The notes under the pieces are model-generated. The model ran no database searches and had not been told where the DNA came from. It saw only the letters and a list, made by a program, of their open reading frames with translations. Shown in pieces: positions 28,400-41,682 of a DNA stretch of 64,000 nucleotides. The translations under genes were made by a program, and so were the position numbers. Source of the stretch: Camelus ferus (lineage: Eukaryota); the NCBI RefSeq assembly GCF_009834535.1, contig NC_045697.1:82400001-82464000 (forward strand). Reading direction: 5' to 3'. Numbering within the stretch: position 1 is the first letter of the stretch; each line of letters starts with the position of its first letter.

Positions 28400-29845
28400 C
28401 TGTAAGATCTGGACAGAATACATGGGAAAGTACATGACTGAAAAGTAAATAGGAACTGCCTGACCAGATTCAAAGTACGACTGAACCTACATGATCTTAT
28501 TTTTTATTTTCCACTCTAATTTCTCTAACCCCTGCTTCCCCACCGCCACCTGCCCACACATAGAACTTCGCTTAGCTGGAAACTTGGATAGAGCATTATG
28601 GTACAGACAGCTCCAGGAGAAGCTTTTTACTTCGGAGTTAAGGAGGAGGAAACTGAACTTCTAAAGCTCAGAGCGAGTTGGGGAAATCCCTTGTCATTAA
28701 TTTTTCTTCTACCTTTTTCCTTTCTCTGATGCCCCGGACCATAGACGGTTCCATGGCATTGGTGATTGCAGTGGCAGCAGAGGGAGAAATAATGTATTAC
28801 CTGTAGGGTAACAGTAATTCATATGATTACAGATTTTGCATCAGAAACCGTGGAGTTCAAGAAGGAATTTGCACAATATATTTAAAGGATCTAAAGAAAA
28901 GAACTGTCAATGCTAAATTCTATAACCAGTGAAAATATCCTTCAGAAATGAAGGTAAAATAAAGAGATTCTCAGATGAAGAAAAACTAAGAATTTAAAGC
29001 CAGGAAATCTGCCTTAAAATTGTTGCTAAAGTTAGTTCTTCAGACAGAGAGGAAATGTTATCAGAAGGAAACCTAGAACACTGGAACATCGGGAAGGAAG
29101 GATGAACAATAGAAATGATAAATATATAAGTCATTGTGTGCAATGCATTTTATCTATCTATCTATATATTATATACACAAACATTTCAATTGCTAAGCAT
29201 GTTTTAAGAACTCTAGAGGAGAATAGTTTATATATATGTGTGTATGTAATTTCACTTAAAGTATAAAAATACTGATTTTAAGTAGCCTGTGAAAATTTAA
29301 GTATGCATTTTAAGTCCGAGGATAACAACTAAAAATTATACAAAGAGATATAGTCAAAATTACAAATGATAAATTAACTGGAACATAATATTCAGATAAC
29401 CCAAAATAAAAGAGAACAAGTGAAACAAACAAAAAAGAAAGAACACAAATATCAAAAAAAATAGTAGTCCAAATCAATCAATAACTACATTTGTGTAAAT
29501 TATTTTAAAACACCTGTTAAAAGATGTGGATTGCCAGAATGCATTAAGAAAACATAACCCAACTATATGCTGTCTATAAGACACTCACTTCAAAAATAAT
29601 GATATAGAGAGTATAAGGTTAAAAGGATGGAAAAAGTCATGTCATGCAAAAAACTAATCAAAGAAAATGTGGCTATATTAATATCAGAAGGAGATCTTAA
29701 GCAAAAGAAATTACCAGGGATGAAGGACAATATTACATATTGATAAGAGAGTCAGTTCACCAATGAGAAATAAAAGTCTTAAATATTTATACACTTAAAA
29801 ACAGAACTTCAAAACACACAAAGCAAAACCAGAAAGAACTAAAAG
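28400..29845 (+). mobile_element. Old L1 5'/ORF1 end/ORF2 start
   Basis: gaaaagaactgtcaa..ccagtgaaaatatccttcagaaatgaagg (ORF1 C-terminus); acccaactatatgctgtctataagacactcactt (ORF2 start). Confidence 0.8.
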
Positions 29846-29879
29846 TACCCTGGAAGTGCATCCATTCTTGATTGCATCT

Positions 29880-31500
29880 GGCATCTCTCTTGTAGTGTCA
29901 CATCATTTTAAAAAATTTCACTTCCTACTGGATCATTCCCATTATTATCCAAATGTGCTGTAGTAGCCCCATCTAATTTAAAACAAATTTTCTTGACCTC
30001 ACATTACTATAGGAACTACCATGTTTTTTTTTTCTTTTACACTGAAAACCTGGGAAGAGTTGTCTGTGTTCCCTGTCTTCATTTGCACGCCCCTAATTGC
30101 ACATTGAACACACTTTAATCAGGCTGATTTGCTCATGATTTCACAGGCTTGCAGTTCTCAAGGTCAGCGTAGACCTCTACATTGCCTAATCCAGTAGTCG
30201 TTCATTTTTCCTCATCTTCCTGAGCTATTGGCAACATCTGACAGTGCTGATCATTCCCTTTTTGAAGTATTTTCTTACTCCATTCTCCACCCTCACTGGC
30301 TGCTGCTGCTGCTTTTTCCCCCTTTCTGAGTCCACTTCACATAACTGACCTGTGAACAAGGAATGAATGCACCCCCTCATAGTTGCTTGTTCTAAATCTG
30401 GTCAGTTTGTTGTCTCTTCTAAATGCTCAAGCCAAAACAAAAACACACAAAAAGCACAATTCCATCTTAGACGCCTCTATTTCATCTTTCACATGAAATT
30501 CTTTAGTAAATCGAGTTTGAAATGCATTCTGAATCAGGTAACTTTGGAATAAGTCCAGTGCTTAGCCTGTGTTCAAAGCACCATTATTTTCACTTAGATT
30601 TTTGCACTGGACTCTAAAAAATCTCCTTCCTTTTATGTTTGTTTCCGTATCCCTCCATTATATTTTCCACGTTCCCCTGAGAGTGATCTTTCCAAAACTG
30701 AAGTTAGGTCATGTCATGTGTCTGTGGTTCTACTCTCAGAATAAAAGCTAAAGAACTTTCATATCAAATAAGGCTCTACATAATCTTCCCCTCAGTTTCT
30801 TCCTCTAGCTCACTCACCGATACCATTCTGGCTGCCCTGGTCATACTTTTCTTCAGTGAATCAGAAATGTTCCTGCCTCAGGTCCTTTGTATCTGCTCCT
30901 CTTTCATCCTGCTGTGCTGTTTCTCAGTTATATCTGTGGTTTTCACTTGCAACCCGATTAAAAATACTGTATCTCTCATCACTTTATGACCCTTAACGTT
31001 AACCTATTTTTTCCTTCACTCTTAGACTTTCTGTCACTTGCCATATTGTGTATTTATTTGTATATTAGTTTCATTTCCTGTTTTTCTCCAAAAGTAATCA
31101 AGGATTATAAAAACAGATTTTGTTCCTTTTTAAAAAATCTTTGGGATATAATTGACATGGTATTAATTTCACATATATAACATAATGACTTATTATTTGT
31201 ATATATTATGAAATAATCACCACATTGTTTATAGCTACCCTCATCACCAAACATAGATGTTTTTTGTTGTGATGAGTGAGAACTTTTAAGATGTAGTTTC
31301 TTAGCAACTTTCAAATACATAATATAGTGTTGTTAACTATATTCAGCATACTGTATGTTAAATCCCTATGACTTACATGCTTTTAACTGGAAGTTTCTGC
31401 CTTTGACCCCTTTGCTTTATATCAGCAATATTCCCATCATTGAAAGTAAAGATTGGCATATAGTAGTTATTTGGTAATCATTTGATAAATGAATGTGGAA
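29880..31500 (+). mobile_element. L2 LINE 3' portion interrupted by an L1 3' fragment (31130-31420, - strand)
   Basis: L2 motifs tcaaggtca..ctacattgcctaatcca, tgacagtgctgatcattccctt, caccattattttcacttagat, terminal tttgataaatgaatg; internal L1 ttgacatggt..gagaacttttaagat..cttagcaactttcaaatac. Confidence 0.75.
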
Positions 31501-32299
31501 TGTAAATGTGCCCATTGTGCCTGAAACTTAAAGAATGATGATCAAGAAGAAGAGTGGATGACACATGAGAGGAAAGCAGAGGCAATGAGAGCCACTCTAG
31601 GCCTCAAAGAAGAGAAGTGACAGTACCAGAGTTAGAGTGGTGAGTGATCACTGTGTCTGCCACGGGGAGAATGGGTTTTAGGGGAACAAGATTCAAGAAA
31701 AGTTAAGAGCCTAGTGAATAGTCTAGCTACAAGAGAATTTTGCGCTAGACATGCATATTTAGGAGTGCGTTCCTGGCATTTGCAGCAGAGTGGGTGGATG
31801 GTGGTGTGATGCACTGAAACCTGGGATGTTCTCAAGCATCTATGAATGGTGTTTAACACGGGCATCTAAAGATCTGTGCTGAAGATATGTGTGCGGGAGG
31901 CTGCAGTGTGGTATGGAAAAACAAGGGGTCGGATGGGATTATTTAGACAAGTATAGATGAGTGCATGGAGCACCCTGACAAATACGTGTAGGTATTTGAA
32001 CATGATCCAGAAAACAACAACAAAAAAATGAAAAGGAGAAGCCAGTGGATATATAGACAGCTACTTAGATAAGTAATGTGGCATTTCATAAAGTCCATAG
32101 AATTCATTCAGTAACAACAATGACACGATGCAAAACAGTGCATCATGCTTTGGAGTGGCACTACATTTTATCAGAGAAGACAGAGCTACAGAGCTAATAT
32201 TCTAGTGGTTGACAGAGACATTAAGTAATTGATTGCAAATCACTTTATAATTATATTTTTCAAAGATGCCATTCTAAAATCATTTTCCCTGGTAATTTT

Positions 32300-32820
32300 C
32301 ATTCAGGGAGTTGATTCTGCAGATATATTTGTAAAGACAAAAATAATATATGCAGGGTTCTTTATTGCACTATCATTGATTGCACCATTATGGCAAAATA
32401 ATATTGAAACAAGATGCTCATGCATTTATCGCTGGGTAAATTTAAGTTATGGCATGTCAGTAAAGCTTCTGTGTGGCTGAAATATGCATGAGGAATGTGT
32501 CTATGCACTGATATGAATTGACTACTCAGATAGGCATAAATATATGGAAAATATATAAGAAAGCAAATGACTGAATATTGTTAATACTATAGTGCTATTT
32601 TTTAGTGTTCAAAAACCAGAAAAAAAGAGTACATATGTTGTATTGAATATGCATACAGTACTTTCAGAATTTTCTTCAAGATACTGTTTTTTACCTGCCT
32701 TTAGATGCCAGACTAATTATTTTGGGCACAAGAATGGAAAGTAGACCTTCACAGTGTGTTGTTTGATGAATTTTAAGTTTGGAAGCAAGAAATATATTAC
32801 TATACAAAATACATACTTAA
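32300..32820 (+). mobile_element. Very old L1 (L1ME-like) 3' remnant
   Basis: atatgcagggttctttattgcactat..tatgcactgatatgaa..aagcaa pattern. Confidence 0.45.
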
Positions 32821-33479
32821 AAAGTATACTTTTGAGAAGGGGTACAGAGTGCTTGATGTTCATTTCTTTTTGTTGTTGATTATTTTGTTTTTATTTTATC
32901 AGTGATCTAAAACACTGGAGACAGTATGTGGCAGGGCACCCTAGTGGGAAATGGAAGAGAACCCCTTGTCATGAATCCTCCTAATTACAGGCTCTTCTCC
33001 CACCTCATCATTTCAGATTATATATAATGAATATCTGGTCACTGATACTGATGCAAGGGCATCATCCCCTTAGGAGAAAAAACAATTGCAATAGATAGGC
33101 TTAGAAACATCTTTAGAATAAAATACAAATCACTCTTTAAAGAGAAATCAGCATCAGTAATTGTTACATAAATTATATATTCTGGAGATCATTACTTGTG
33201 TATTGAACTCTATCCATGGCCAACGTATTAGAATTTGTTTCTCCTGTGAATAATGTGCTACTTAATATCACTGAGTTCTTATTAGATATATAGATAATTA
33301 AATTCAGAAGTAGTACAGCACAAACCTAGTAGCTGTATACATTTAACAGATTTTAAATGGCATTGGCAGAATTCAGAAAACCATGACATATTTAAAGCAC
33401 ATAATCGTCTAAATAAGTATCAGAGTTTCTGTTTGATATATGAGAATTGATAGGTGATGACCTCTCTTTGAGCTGCTGG

Positions 33480-34120
33480 TTGTGAAGGTGGTTGATTAGG
33501 ACAAGAAGCCAAACTGAAAATAAGAATCAAGCCTATTCATTTAATGCAGTAGTGTAAGCAGGAAGCCAAAAAAGAGAGGCAGGAATGTCCCATTTTTCCC
33601 CTGGACTGGCATTGGGAGTGTCAGTCAGAGGACATTGAGCACAAGAGGGGTGATCGTCTCACTGCTGAGGAGCCTTGAGCAAGACTCCGGATATTGTACG
33701 GACCCAAGGGGTTGGGTTTCAGGAGAAGGGGAAGGGCTAGGAGTGGAAAAGTACTGAGTTCGAGGGAGAAGGATCTTAGCCAAGGCTCTCATTCCAAAGG
33801 AGGTCTAAGCAGGAGCCCCTGAAAAGTACTTTAGCTTAAACTTCCATCCCCTCCACCAGGAAGCCTTTGAATGAAGGCACCTGGGCTGGGAATAGAGCCA
33901 GGCTTTTGAGCATGGCTGGCCAAGGAGGGAGGGACTTGGAGGAGGCGAGTGGCACCGGGTCCTTGGCTGCATCTCCCTCCAGAAAACTGGAATGTGCACT
34001 AAGTCTGGTGTGAGGAGGGCGGCTTCCCCCTTTGAGACTTGCCAGGTGAAGTCTTGTGGTTGTCTGTGGTCAGGCTTGAGAGATCACACGTAGGGTTTGG
34101 GCCTGGAGCCAGACTTTTTA
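33480..34120. mobile_element. Possible old solo LTR
   Basis: Abrupt GC-richer ~640-bp block starting tgtgaagg in AT-rich context; family not recognised. Confidence 0.3.
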
Positions 34121-36979
34121 ATAAGTTATGTAAACACATTTTTGAAACTATAAAGCATTATTTATGTTTAAGTCATATGTGTTATTCATACAATTAAAAG
34201 CATGCTGTACAAGCAGTATTCCTTATAAAGAAAAATATTTCTATATAATATTTAAATCTAAGAAAAATGTAATCTTAACCCTTGTCTTAACCTCTTGTTA
34301 TAGGTGCCTATTGGGAAAATTCAATATTAACCAGAAAATAAATTGTTAATATGAGAATGTAAAATAGTTTGAGAAATAATAATGATGATACTGATTAAAA
34401 TGCAAAGAAACATATTTTTGTTGGGGACAGTGGGTATTGGGTTGTGAAAATATGATTTAACATCCAAATACCCTGGGAAATTTGAAGTGACTCCCTGAGC
34501 AGGTTATACATAATGATATTGTATGAATATATTAAGATTTTAAATGTTTCTAATAGAATTTGGTTTTGACTGATTTCATCTTTACTGTGTTAGGGATGTC
34601 TGAGTCTAATTGGGAATAGAATTTGGCCTCCTCATACAAAAGCAGATGCACTGTTTGCATAAGTAGGATGTTATATCTGGGTTCGTATTTTTGGATGCCT
34701 CTAGATTTATGACACAAAATTATATTTTATGCATATGGAGGAAAATCTGATGATGTAATGGATGTCAATATAAAGAAGAGTTAATTTAGTTCCTTTCACA
34801 AATAGTAAATGTTTTACAGTAACTCTGGTATAATTTGGGGTACATGAATTGATTGCTTCATTCATGCATGTATAAATCAAATGTAGAAAAATTTTAAAGT
34901 CAAACAATGACTTTAATGTTTAGAAATCGTCTACTTCTCTATTTCTAATTTTACTCAGTTTGAATAATATGTTTGAACTCTTTAGTGACTATGTAATGGA
35001 TTTCACTAAGATTATGGATATTATTTGAAAATTTCATAATTATGTGTCAATGTAAATAATTTAAAGTATGCATAATAACATGCTTAATAATTTTTTAGGA
35101 TTTATAATATTTTGTACAAAAATGATTTCAGAGAAAAAAGTTGAAAAACAAGTGCCTTGTTTAAAATATGATACTGATCTGTTTATCTTATGACTGTTCA
35201 CCTAATTTAATTCTGATACATCAATTAGAAACATGTAACATTATGAAATGGGCATTAGCTTTCATTCAGGTATCCTTGGATTCAAACCTATGCTTTATAA
35301 TTATTAAATGGTTAAACAGAGACAGATTAATGAGCTCGGTTTTCTCAGTGGCATTTACATGGGGAATAAAGCCATCACATATTAATGGTGAAACATTTAA
35401 AATTATATATTCATATAGACATAAATATGCATTTATGTTCAGTTATATATACACATACATCATATATGTGCATATATATGTATATGCATACATATGTATG
35501 CATGTCAATATACTTATTTGTATATTTAATGCCTGAGATATATATAAATTAGCTATCTTTCTTTAAATTGTTTATAATCTAATGATGGAAACAGATAAAT
35601 AAGTACATAGAAATGTATGGTAGTATGGGGAACAGATGAGAGGCAATCTGAGCTGAGTGACGTATGTATTTGCAACAAATGTGAGGATTGGATATAGCTA
35701 GACTCCCTACAAACAGGTAACAACTTAAGGATAAAATGAAAGATAAAAACTAGGGTAAAAGGAATATGGAGATTCATGTAGGCAGCATAAAGGAAGACAA
35801 TGAAGAATGAAACAAGATTGTATAAATGAGAAAGTTTTGTTGTTGATGATTAAGCAAGAAGAAAACAGGTAAGCTGAGGCTGTAAATGAGTGGTAGATTT
35901 TCTGTGTTATGGAAGGGACTTCGGACTTTTATCTAATGGGACAATGATTATATTAATCAAAGAATAAATTTTCCTTAAAAAGATAACTTCTGATAGACAG
36001 GTGGATAGTGGATTTGATGGGTTAAGTTTGGAAATAGGAAGATGATTCAGGTGATTATTGCCAACTTTTTTTTTTAACCACAGAGATGGTGGAATTCTGA
36101 ACTAAGTATGTAATATAAATAGAAAAAAATAGCATAAGAAATGTTGATAAATTATCTTAAAATTTTACAAAATACATCTCTTGGTACATTTTAAAATTTC
36201 ACATTCTTTTAGTTTTATTAGACATTTCAAAATAGATATGACCAAACAAAGTGAAACAATGCTAATTTTGGAAGTATGACATGCAGACAGGTTGGTAGGG
36301 AGGTGGATACAGATGCATACATGCACATGCAGCACTCATTTATATATACGTGTATCAGTTTTAATCTGGACTAGATTGAAGGTACATGCTAGAACACAAT
36401 TAAACTCACTTTCAAAGTTGATCCTGAAAAGCAGAAAAATAATGGAAATGGGGAAATTTACATCAAAGTTATTCAGAGGTTTGAGGTTAAAGAAACATTT
36501 TATTCAGAGTTATTGTTGGAGCATAAATATAGCTTCAAGTTTTATGTTTTGATAAGTTCCGAGGCACTTTTAATTCTAAATTGCATAAGCTGCTTTCAGG
36601 AGAAAATAGAACTACTGTTACATAAGATAGAGAGCATATCCAGGTTTTGATCTTGGTGTAGGCAGCGAAAGTTTAGTACCAGCTGAAAAACTGATGCAGT
36701 TAACTGTAACTTCACAGACATTTGAACAATAAGTACAATTTGTGAGCCACCACCATCCCCATAGTAACTGTGTTTTTATGCCTTCTGTGACCATTTAAAA
36801 ATATTTTTCATTCCATGGTGTCTGTGTAAACTTAAAGATACATAATTCTGAGTGATAGAAAAGTTTCTGTATTAAAACATTTTAGTAGGGAAAGAGTCTT
36901 TTGTTGTTTAACTGAACTGCAGAAAAATGCAGCAGATACATTTTTTGACTTACGATAGATAACTAAGCCAAATCTAACT

Positions 36980-38230
36980 TTTTTATTTATCCATTAATTT
37001 ATTATGAAGTATTTCAAAAATGCACAGAATATTAAAATGAGCATCTATAAACTGATTCCTTAGATAAGCCAATTTCAATGCTACATCATGTTTGTTTCAT
37101 ACATTTTAATTATTAATAACATATACAAAGGAGTAAGTGGGGGAATTAAGTGGTACAAACTTCCAGTTATAAAGTAAATGTAATAAATATAAAAAAACAA
37201 AATCCTGCACTCAGGTTTTTCCATATTGAATAAATCCATAAAGCCAACACACAGATTAAAAGATAGGACATAAACACACCCTCGAAGTCCCCTTGTAGTC
37301 CTCCTTCCAGGCCCCTGTTCCAAGTATAACTCCTATCTTGACTCCTAAGAATTTTACTTGTTATTTAAGTTTTGAAAGAAAGAATCATCTCATCTGTATT
37401 CTTTTATGACTAGCTTCTTCCTTGTGCTGTTTTTGATACCTGTCCACTTTGTTGTGTATGGATATAATTTCCTCATTTTTAAAAAAAAATTTTGGGGGGA
37501 GAGGTAATTAGGCTTGTTTGTTTGTTTCAAGCGGAGGTACTGGGGACTGAACCCAGAACCTCATGTGTGCTAGGCACATACTCCTCCCCTGAGCTATACC
37601 CTTCCCACTAATTGGCTCATTTTAATTTCTGTACATTATTAAGTTGTATGAATATACCTCAATTACACTTATCTAAATACTGTCAATGGATATTTGATTT
37701 TATTTCTACATGTTTTTGGCCATTAAAATTAGTGAGTGCTACTGTGAATATCTTCGACGTGTGTTTTGGTGCACATATGACTGTATTTCCACCTTGAAGT
37801 GGAAATAGTGTACCAGTGGGTGTGCAGATGTTTGGTCCTGGTTAACTATAGTAAATAGCTAAATAGTTTTCTAAAGGGTACAAGTCAGCTTGCCCTTACA
37901 TCAGCTGTGTGTAAGAATTCTGTCTTTACCACATTCTCATCAACATGTAGTATTGTCTATGTTTTTCATTTAACCACTCTGATGGGCTGTAGTGATGCTG
38001 AGTTGAGGTTTGAATTTGTATTTCCATGATTATTAATGAATTAGAACATATCTCCACATATTTACTTGCCATTTGGGGATACTTCAGAAAGAGCCTGCCA
38101 ATTCTTACTCATTTTTTAATTTCAGTTTTATGTGTGTGTGTATATATTTATCTCCCATATATAGACCCTTTTTTGATATTTATGTATTTAAAATATTGTC
38201 TCTCTATAGTTTGCCTTTTCATACTTTTTC
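36980..38230 (-). mobile_element. Old L1 3' region (contains the SINE below)
   Basis: tgctactgtgaatatctt, tgtgtaagaattc..ccacattctcatcaaca, atttgtatttccatgattattaatga. Confidence 0.7.
37481..37607 (-). mobile_element. tRNA-derived SINE, Vic-1-like (camelid)
   Basis: - strand gggaagggtatagctcagggg..gcctagcacacatgaggttctgggttcagtccccagtacctcc..aaacaaacaagcctaattacctc: A-box tagctcag, B-box ggttcagtcc, tail typical of camelid Vic-1. Confidence 0.85.
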
Positions 38231-38996
38231 AATAACAAGAATATGGTCTATCCATCCACTTAGATAGTTTTCTGTTAACTGTTCTCAAAAATGCTTTTTT
38301 AGTTTCAGGGTATTGGTTTTGCATGTAATCCTTAGTATTATCTGAGTATTTCTTGCAGCATAATCTAATTTCACTTTACATAGGCATATTGATTCAACCT
38401 GGCTAGAATTAACTAATATCAGGCTTTAGTATACTGTAGGATAGATTCTGCTGTCGTGGTTTTCCAGGGCAGTGCTTTATCAAAGAAGAATTCATTAAGC
38501 TGGCTGGCCATAGGTAACACAGCTTTCCCTTATTTCATTCTTAAAACTCATCTATTTCCATTTTCTGTGCTATTTTTTTGACATAAGAGACTTACTTTAT
38601 TGAAGTTTCTACTCTTGTTTTTTTTTTCTTTTGCCAGTGGCTACTGAAGTTGAATCTGGAAAACTTTTTATTAAGTTTGGCAACACAAGCTAGAAAATGT
38701 TTATATAAGTTTACAAATCCATTTTATTAGTTAACACTTCAAAACAGTAACATGCTAATTTATCCTTAGTACATACAGATCACAAAAAATACACACAGAT
38801 ACATAATTTATATTTATTCAATAATCTTCTATTATGGAAACACTTATTCTTATTTCAAATTATGCATTTAATATATATGCATTTGTATGTAAGTGTTTTT
38901 AAGAATGTAAGCGGTTATTTCTAAATGTCTTTACTCTTAAGTTTCCAAAGGATTGGGACTCAGTACTAAGAAAAAGTTTAAGTCTTCCTCTGCACT

Positions 38997-39369
38997 TGTG
39001 ATGTACTGAGCTGTGTCCCCCCAGAATTCATATGTTGAAGACCTCACCTCCAGTACCTCAGAATGTGACTGAATTTAGAACAGGGCCTTTAAAGGGGTAA
39101 TTAAGGTAAAATGAAATCATATGGGTGAGACCTAATTCAATGTGATTGATGTTCTTGTGAGAAGAGATTGAGACGGACACAAAGGGAAGACCATATGAAG
39201 ACTGATGATAGTTATCTGCAAGCTAAGGGGAGAGTCCTCAGAAGAAACCTACTCTGCCAGCACCTCAGTCTGACTTTGAGACTCCAGAATTGTGAGACAA
39301 TGAATTTCTGCTCTTTAAGCCACCTCCTCTGTGGAATTTTGTTGTAGCAGCTCTAGCAAACTAAATACA
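38997..39369 (+). mobile_element. MaLR LTR (MLT1A/B-like), near full length
   Basis: tgtg..tgtgtccccccagaattcatatgttgaag..cagtacctcagaatgtgactg..ctcagaagaaacc..ctccagaattgtgagacaat..tagcaaactaaataca. Confidence 0.9.
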
Positions 39370-39444
39370 GACCAAATATGTTGAATCTTGGATTTTCTTT
39401 CTACCCTAAAAAGTTAAGTGCAGTGATGCATTTTACATTTCTAC

Positions 39445-39880
39445 ACTGAATAATTGAGTAAGTAAATTTAAGGTGCACAAAGTGTTCATTTGATGCATTT
39501 ATATATTACAGCATGATTGCAGCTGAAGCATTAGCTAACACCTCCATCATGTCACATACTTATTATTTTGTTTTGTGATGAGAACATTTACGATGCAGTC
39601 TCTTAAGAACTTTGCAGTATATACTACAGAATTGTTGAATCCCCGTGCTGTGCATTGATCTCCGGAACTTCTTCATCTTCTAACTGCAGGTTTGTACCTT
39701 TTGACCAACATCACCCCAGTTCCCTACAGTCCTTGTACCCCACGGCCTCTGCTAACCACCACTCTACTCTCTGTTTTTATGAGTTTGACTTATTATACAG
39801 TATTTGTGTTTCTCTGACTTATCTCTCAAAGTTCATCCATGTTGTTGCAAATGGCATGATCTCCTTCTCCTCTTCTTTAT
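39445..39880 (-). mobile_element. L1 3' UTR fragment
   Basis: tttaaggtgcacaa, tgtgatgagaacattta, gtttgtaccttttgaccaacatc, gttcatccatgttgttgcaaatggca. Confidence 0.85.
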
Positions 39881-39999
39881 AATTTCTTAGTTATCTACAG
39901 CATGGGTGTATAAGGAAAAAGCTGTGAAGATTATTTGAAAATAATAAAATGAAAATGAAAGTTTTTTTCTGAATTTTGTGTTTCAGATATGATATAACA

Positions 40000-40302
40000 T
40001 TTATTACTTAACTTTCAAAACAAGAAGATTGTAAGTTTCAGTTAAATCAGCAATGAGTTTTGGTAGGATTTTTGTTATTCTGAGTAATTTTGGAGATTCT
40101 GTGTATTATGGAAATCAGAAAATATTTTGAAATATTCTTTCTAATACTTAATCCTTCATAACAACATAAGTGGTGAAGTGAGAAATTATACAGGAGATTA
40201 TCAGTATGGATAGATAGATTTTCATTATATGCAAAAATGAACCACATATTCATTTAACTATTGTTGGCACTCAGTCTCTCTAAAAATTGGCAGACTAACG
40301 GC
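40000..40302 (-). pseudogene. Putative terminal exon 6
   Basis: Acceptor atccctttacAG; phase 0 AVSLPIFRETECQQ*; a shifted frame gives ORF 40047..40253 (...LHHLCCYEGLSIRKNISKYFLISIIHRISKITQ...THC*); - strand AATAAA at 40000-40005. Confidence 0.5.
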
Positions 40303-40869
40303 CTGTAAAGGGATAATTTTTCACCAAATATAGTATCAAAATAACAATTATTAATAACTTTCTGATGGAAGTTGAGGAAATTTAATATGAGATTAATAAC
40401 GGGAAAAAAATGACATGAAACCAAAATAATCTCATCTAATGCATGCTTTTTGCTTTACATTTAGCATTTGTTTTTAAAATTCATGGTTCTTAGAAATTCA
40501 AATTAATTAAAATTATTTAAAGCAAGCCATGCAATATTTATGATATAAAACATTATATTTTGAATATTATTCACATTCTATATATGTCTTATTATTTTAT
40601 TTTTGGAAATGATATTAACATAATTTAAATTATAATAACTTAAAGGATACTTACAATATTGCATTTGAAATTATTTGACTCTAGTCCAAGTCTAGCCCAA
40701 AAACTTTCCTACAAATAAAATTTTTAGTGATACCAAATGTCTCATTCTTAAAGATTCAAATATATATTCATTTTATATTTTTTACATGTATTTTATAACA
40801 ATGTTTTTTCTTCCAGTCTCAAATATATTCCCCCTAGTAAATTTATAACTGACATATTTTTACATCTTG

Positions 40870-40912
40870 TCACACACACACACACAAACCACACACACAC
40901 ACACACACACAC
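40870..40912. repeat. (CA)n microsatellite
   Basis: Interrupted CA run ~20 bp from the putative exon-5 donor. Confidence 0.9.
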
Positions 40913-40932
40913 GTTCCAGAAAACAGTCTCAC

Positions 40933-41215
40933 CATTGACATATGCCAGTCATCCAGACATGAAGTGAAGTTCATCAGAGTTGTAAACAGCCTTTATCTAT
41001 CTTAGAGTTGCTTATATTATAGCTGATGTATAATTGGCAAAAATAATTCTCTTCCCTTTAAAACCACAGTTGTAACAAGCACATTCTAACAAGCATACAA
41101 AATATAAAATGTTCTGGGTCAGTGGACACAATATATTTTATGACACCTAGCTAATTCCACATGATGAAGCAATTATCGCAAGGCTGATCTGATGCCAGAG
41201 GGTGCTTATATTAGC
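40933..41215 (-). pseudogene. Putative exon 5 (catalytic-loop region; one frameshift, or an alternative acceptor at 41085)
   Basis: Acceptor tgttttaaacAG; ANISTLWHQISLAIIASSCGIS, then after a frameshift ...NVLVTTVVLKGRELFLPIIHQL*...LFTTLMNFTSCLDDWHMSM; donor ATG|gtgaga in phase 0. Confidence 0.5.
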
Positions 41216-41453
41216 CTGTTTAAAACAGATTTAGTCTTTAAACCATTGCAAAGAATATCACAATTTTTTACATATAAACTTTCCATTTAAATAGATATTT
41301 TTGGATTATAATTAACTCTCAAGATTTTTAAAAATGCAGTATGATAGACTTTATTTTTTTAAGTGTATGTAACAGAGATGGATGATAGATGATAATCATG
41401 TAAGTAAAATTATTTGAGATTGATCATTTTAATTAACCTTCTCTGATTCTTAC

Positions 41454-41682
41454 ATTCGTACATGGTTTCTCATCATTGATCCATTCCATCATTGCTGAAT
41501 ATTGAAGAGGATTTTTCACTGATCTGTTGTAATTCTCAGAAGTCATATAAGTGCATCAGTCAACAATTGAGCAAAATTCTGGATCATTAGCCTTTTAGGT
41601 AAGCATTAAAATTCAGATCTTAGCATGTACGTCTTCAATATTATAAAATCGTGAGCAGATTACATTGTTACTCTCTCATTGT
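41454..41682 (-). pseudogene. Putative exon 4 (229 nt, phase 2 to 0)
   Basis: Acceptor after a T-rich tract (...gaattAG); Q*ESNNVICSRFYNIEDVHAKI*ILMLT*KANDPEFCSIVD*CTYMTSENYNRSVKNPLQYSAMMEWINDEKPCTN; donor AAT|gtaaga; no frameshift needed. Confidence 0.6.

Noticed and set aside
35168..35536. 122-aa ORF and AT/GT-alternating quasi-palindrome
   Set aside because: Low-complexity (TA/TG)n sequence with no splice or protein signature.
41550..41598. + strand exon-like segment ending AG|gtaagc
   Set aside because: 49 nt, stop in phase 0, weak pyrimidine tract.
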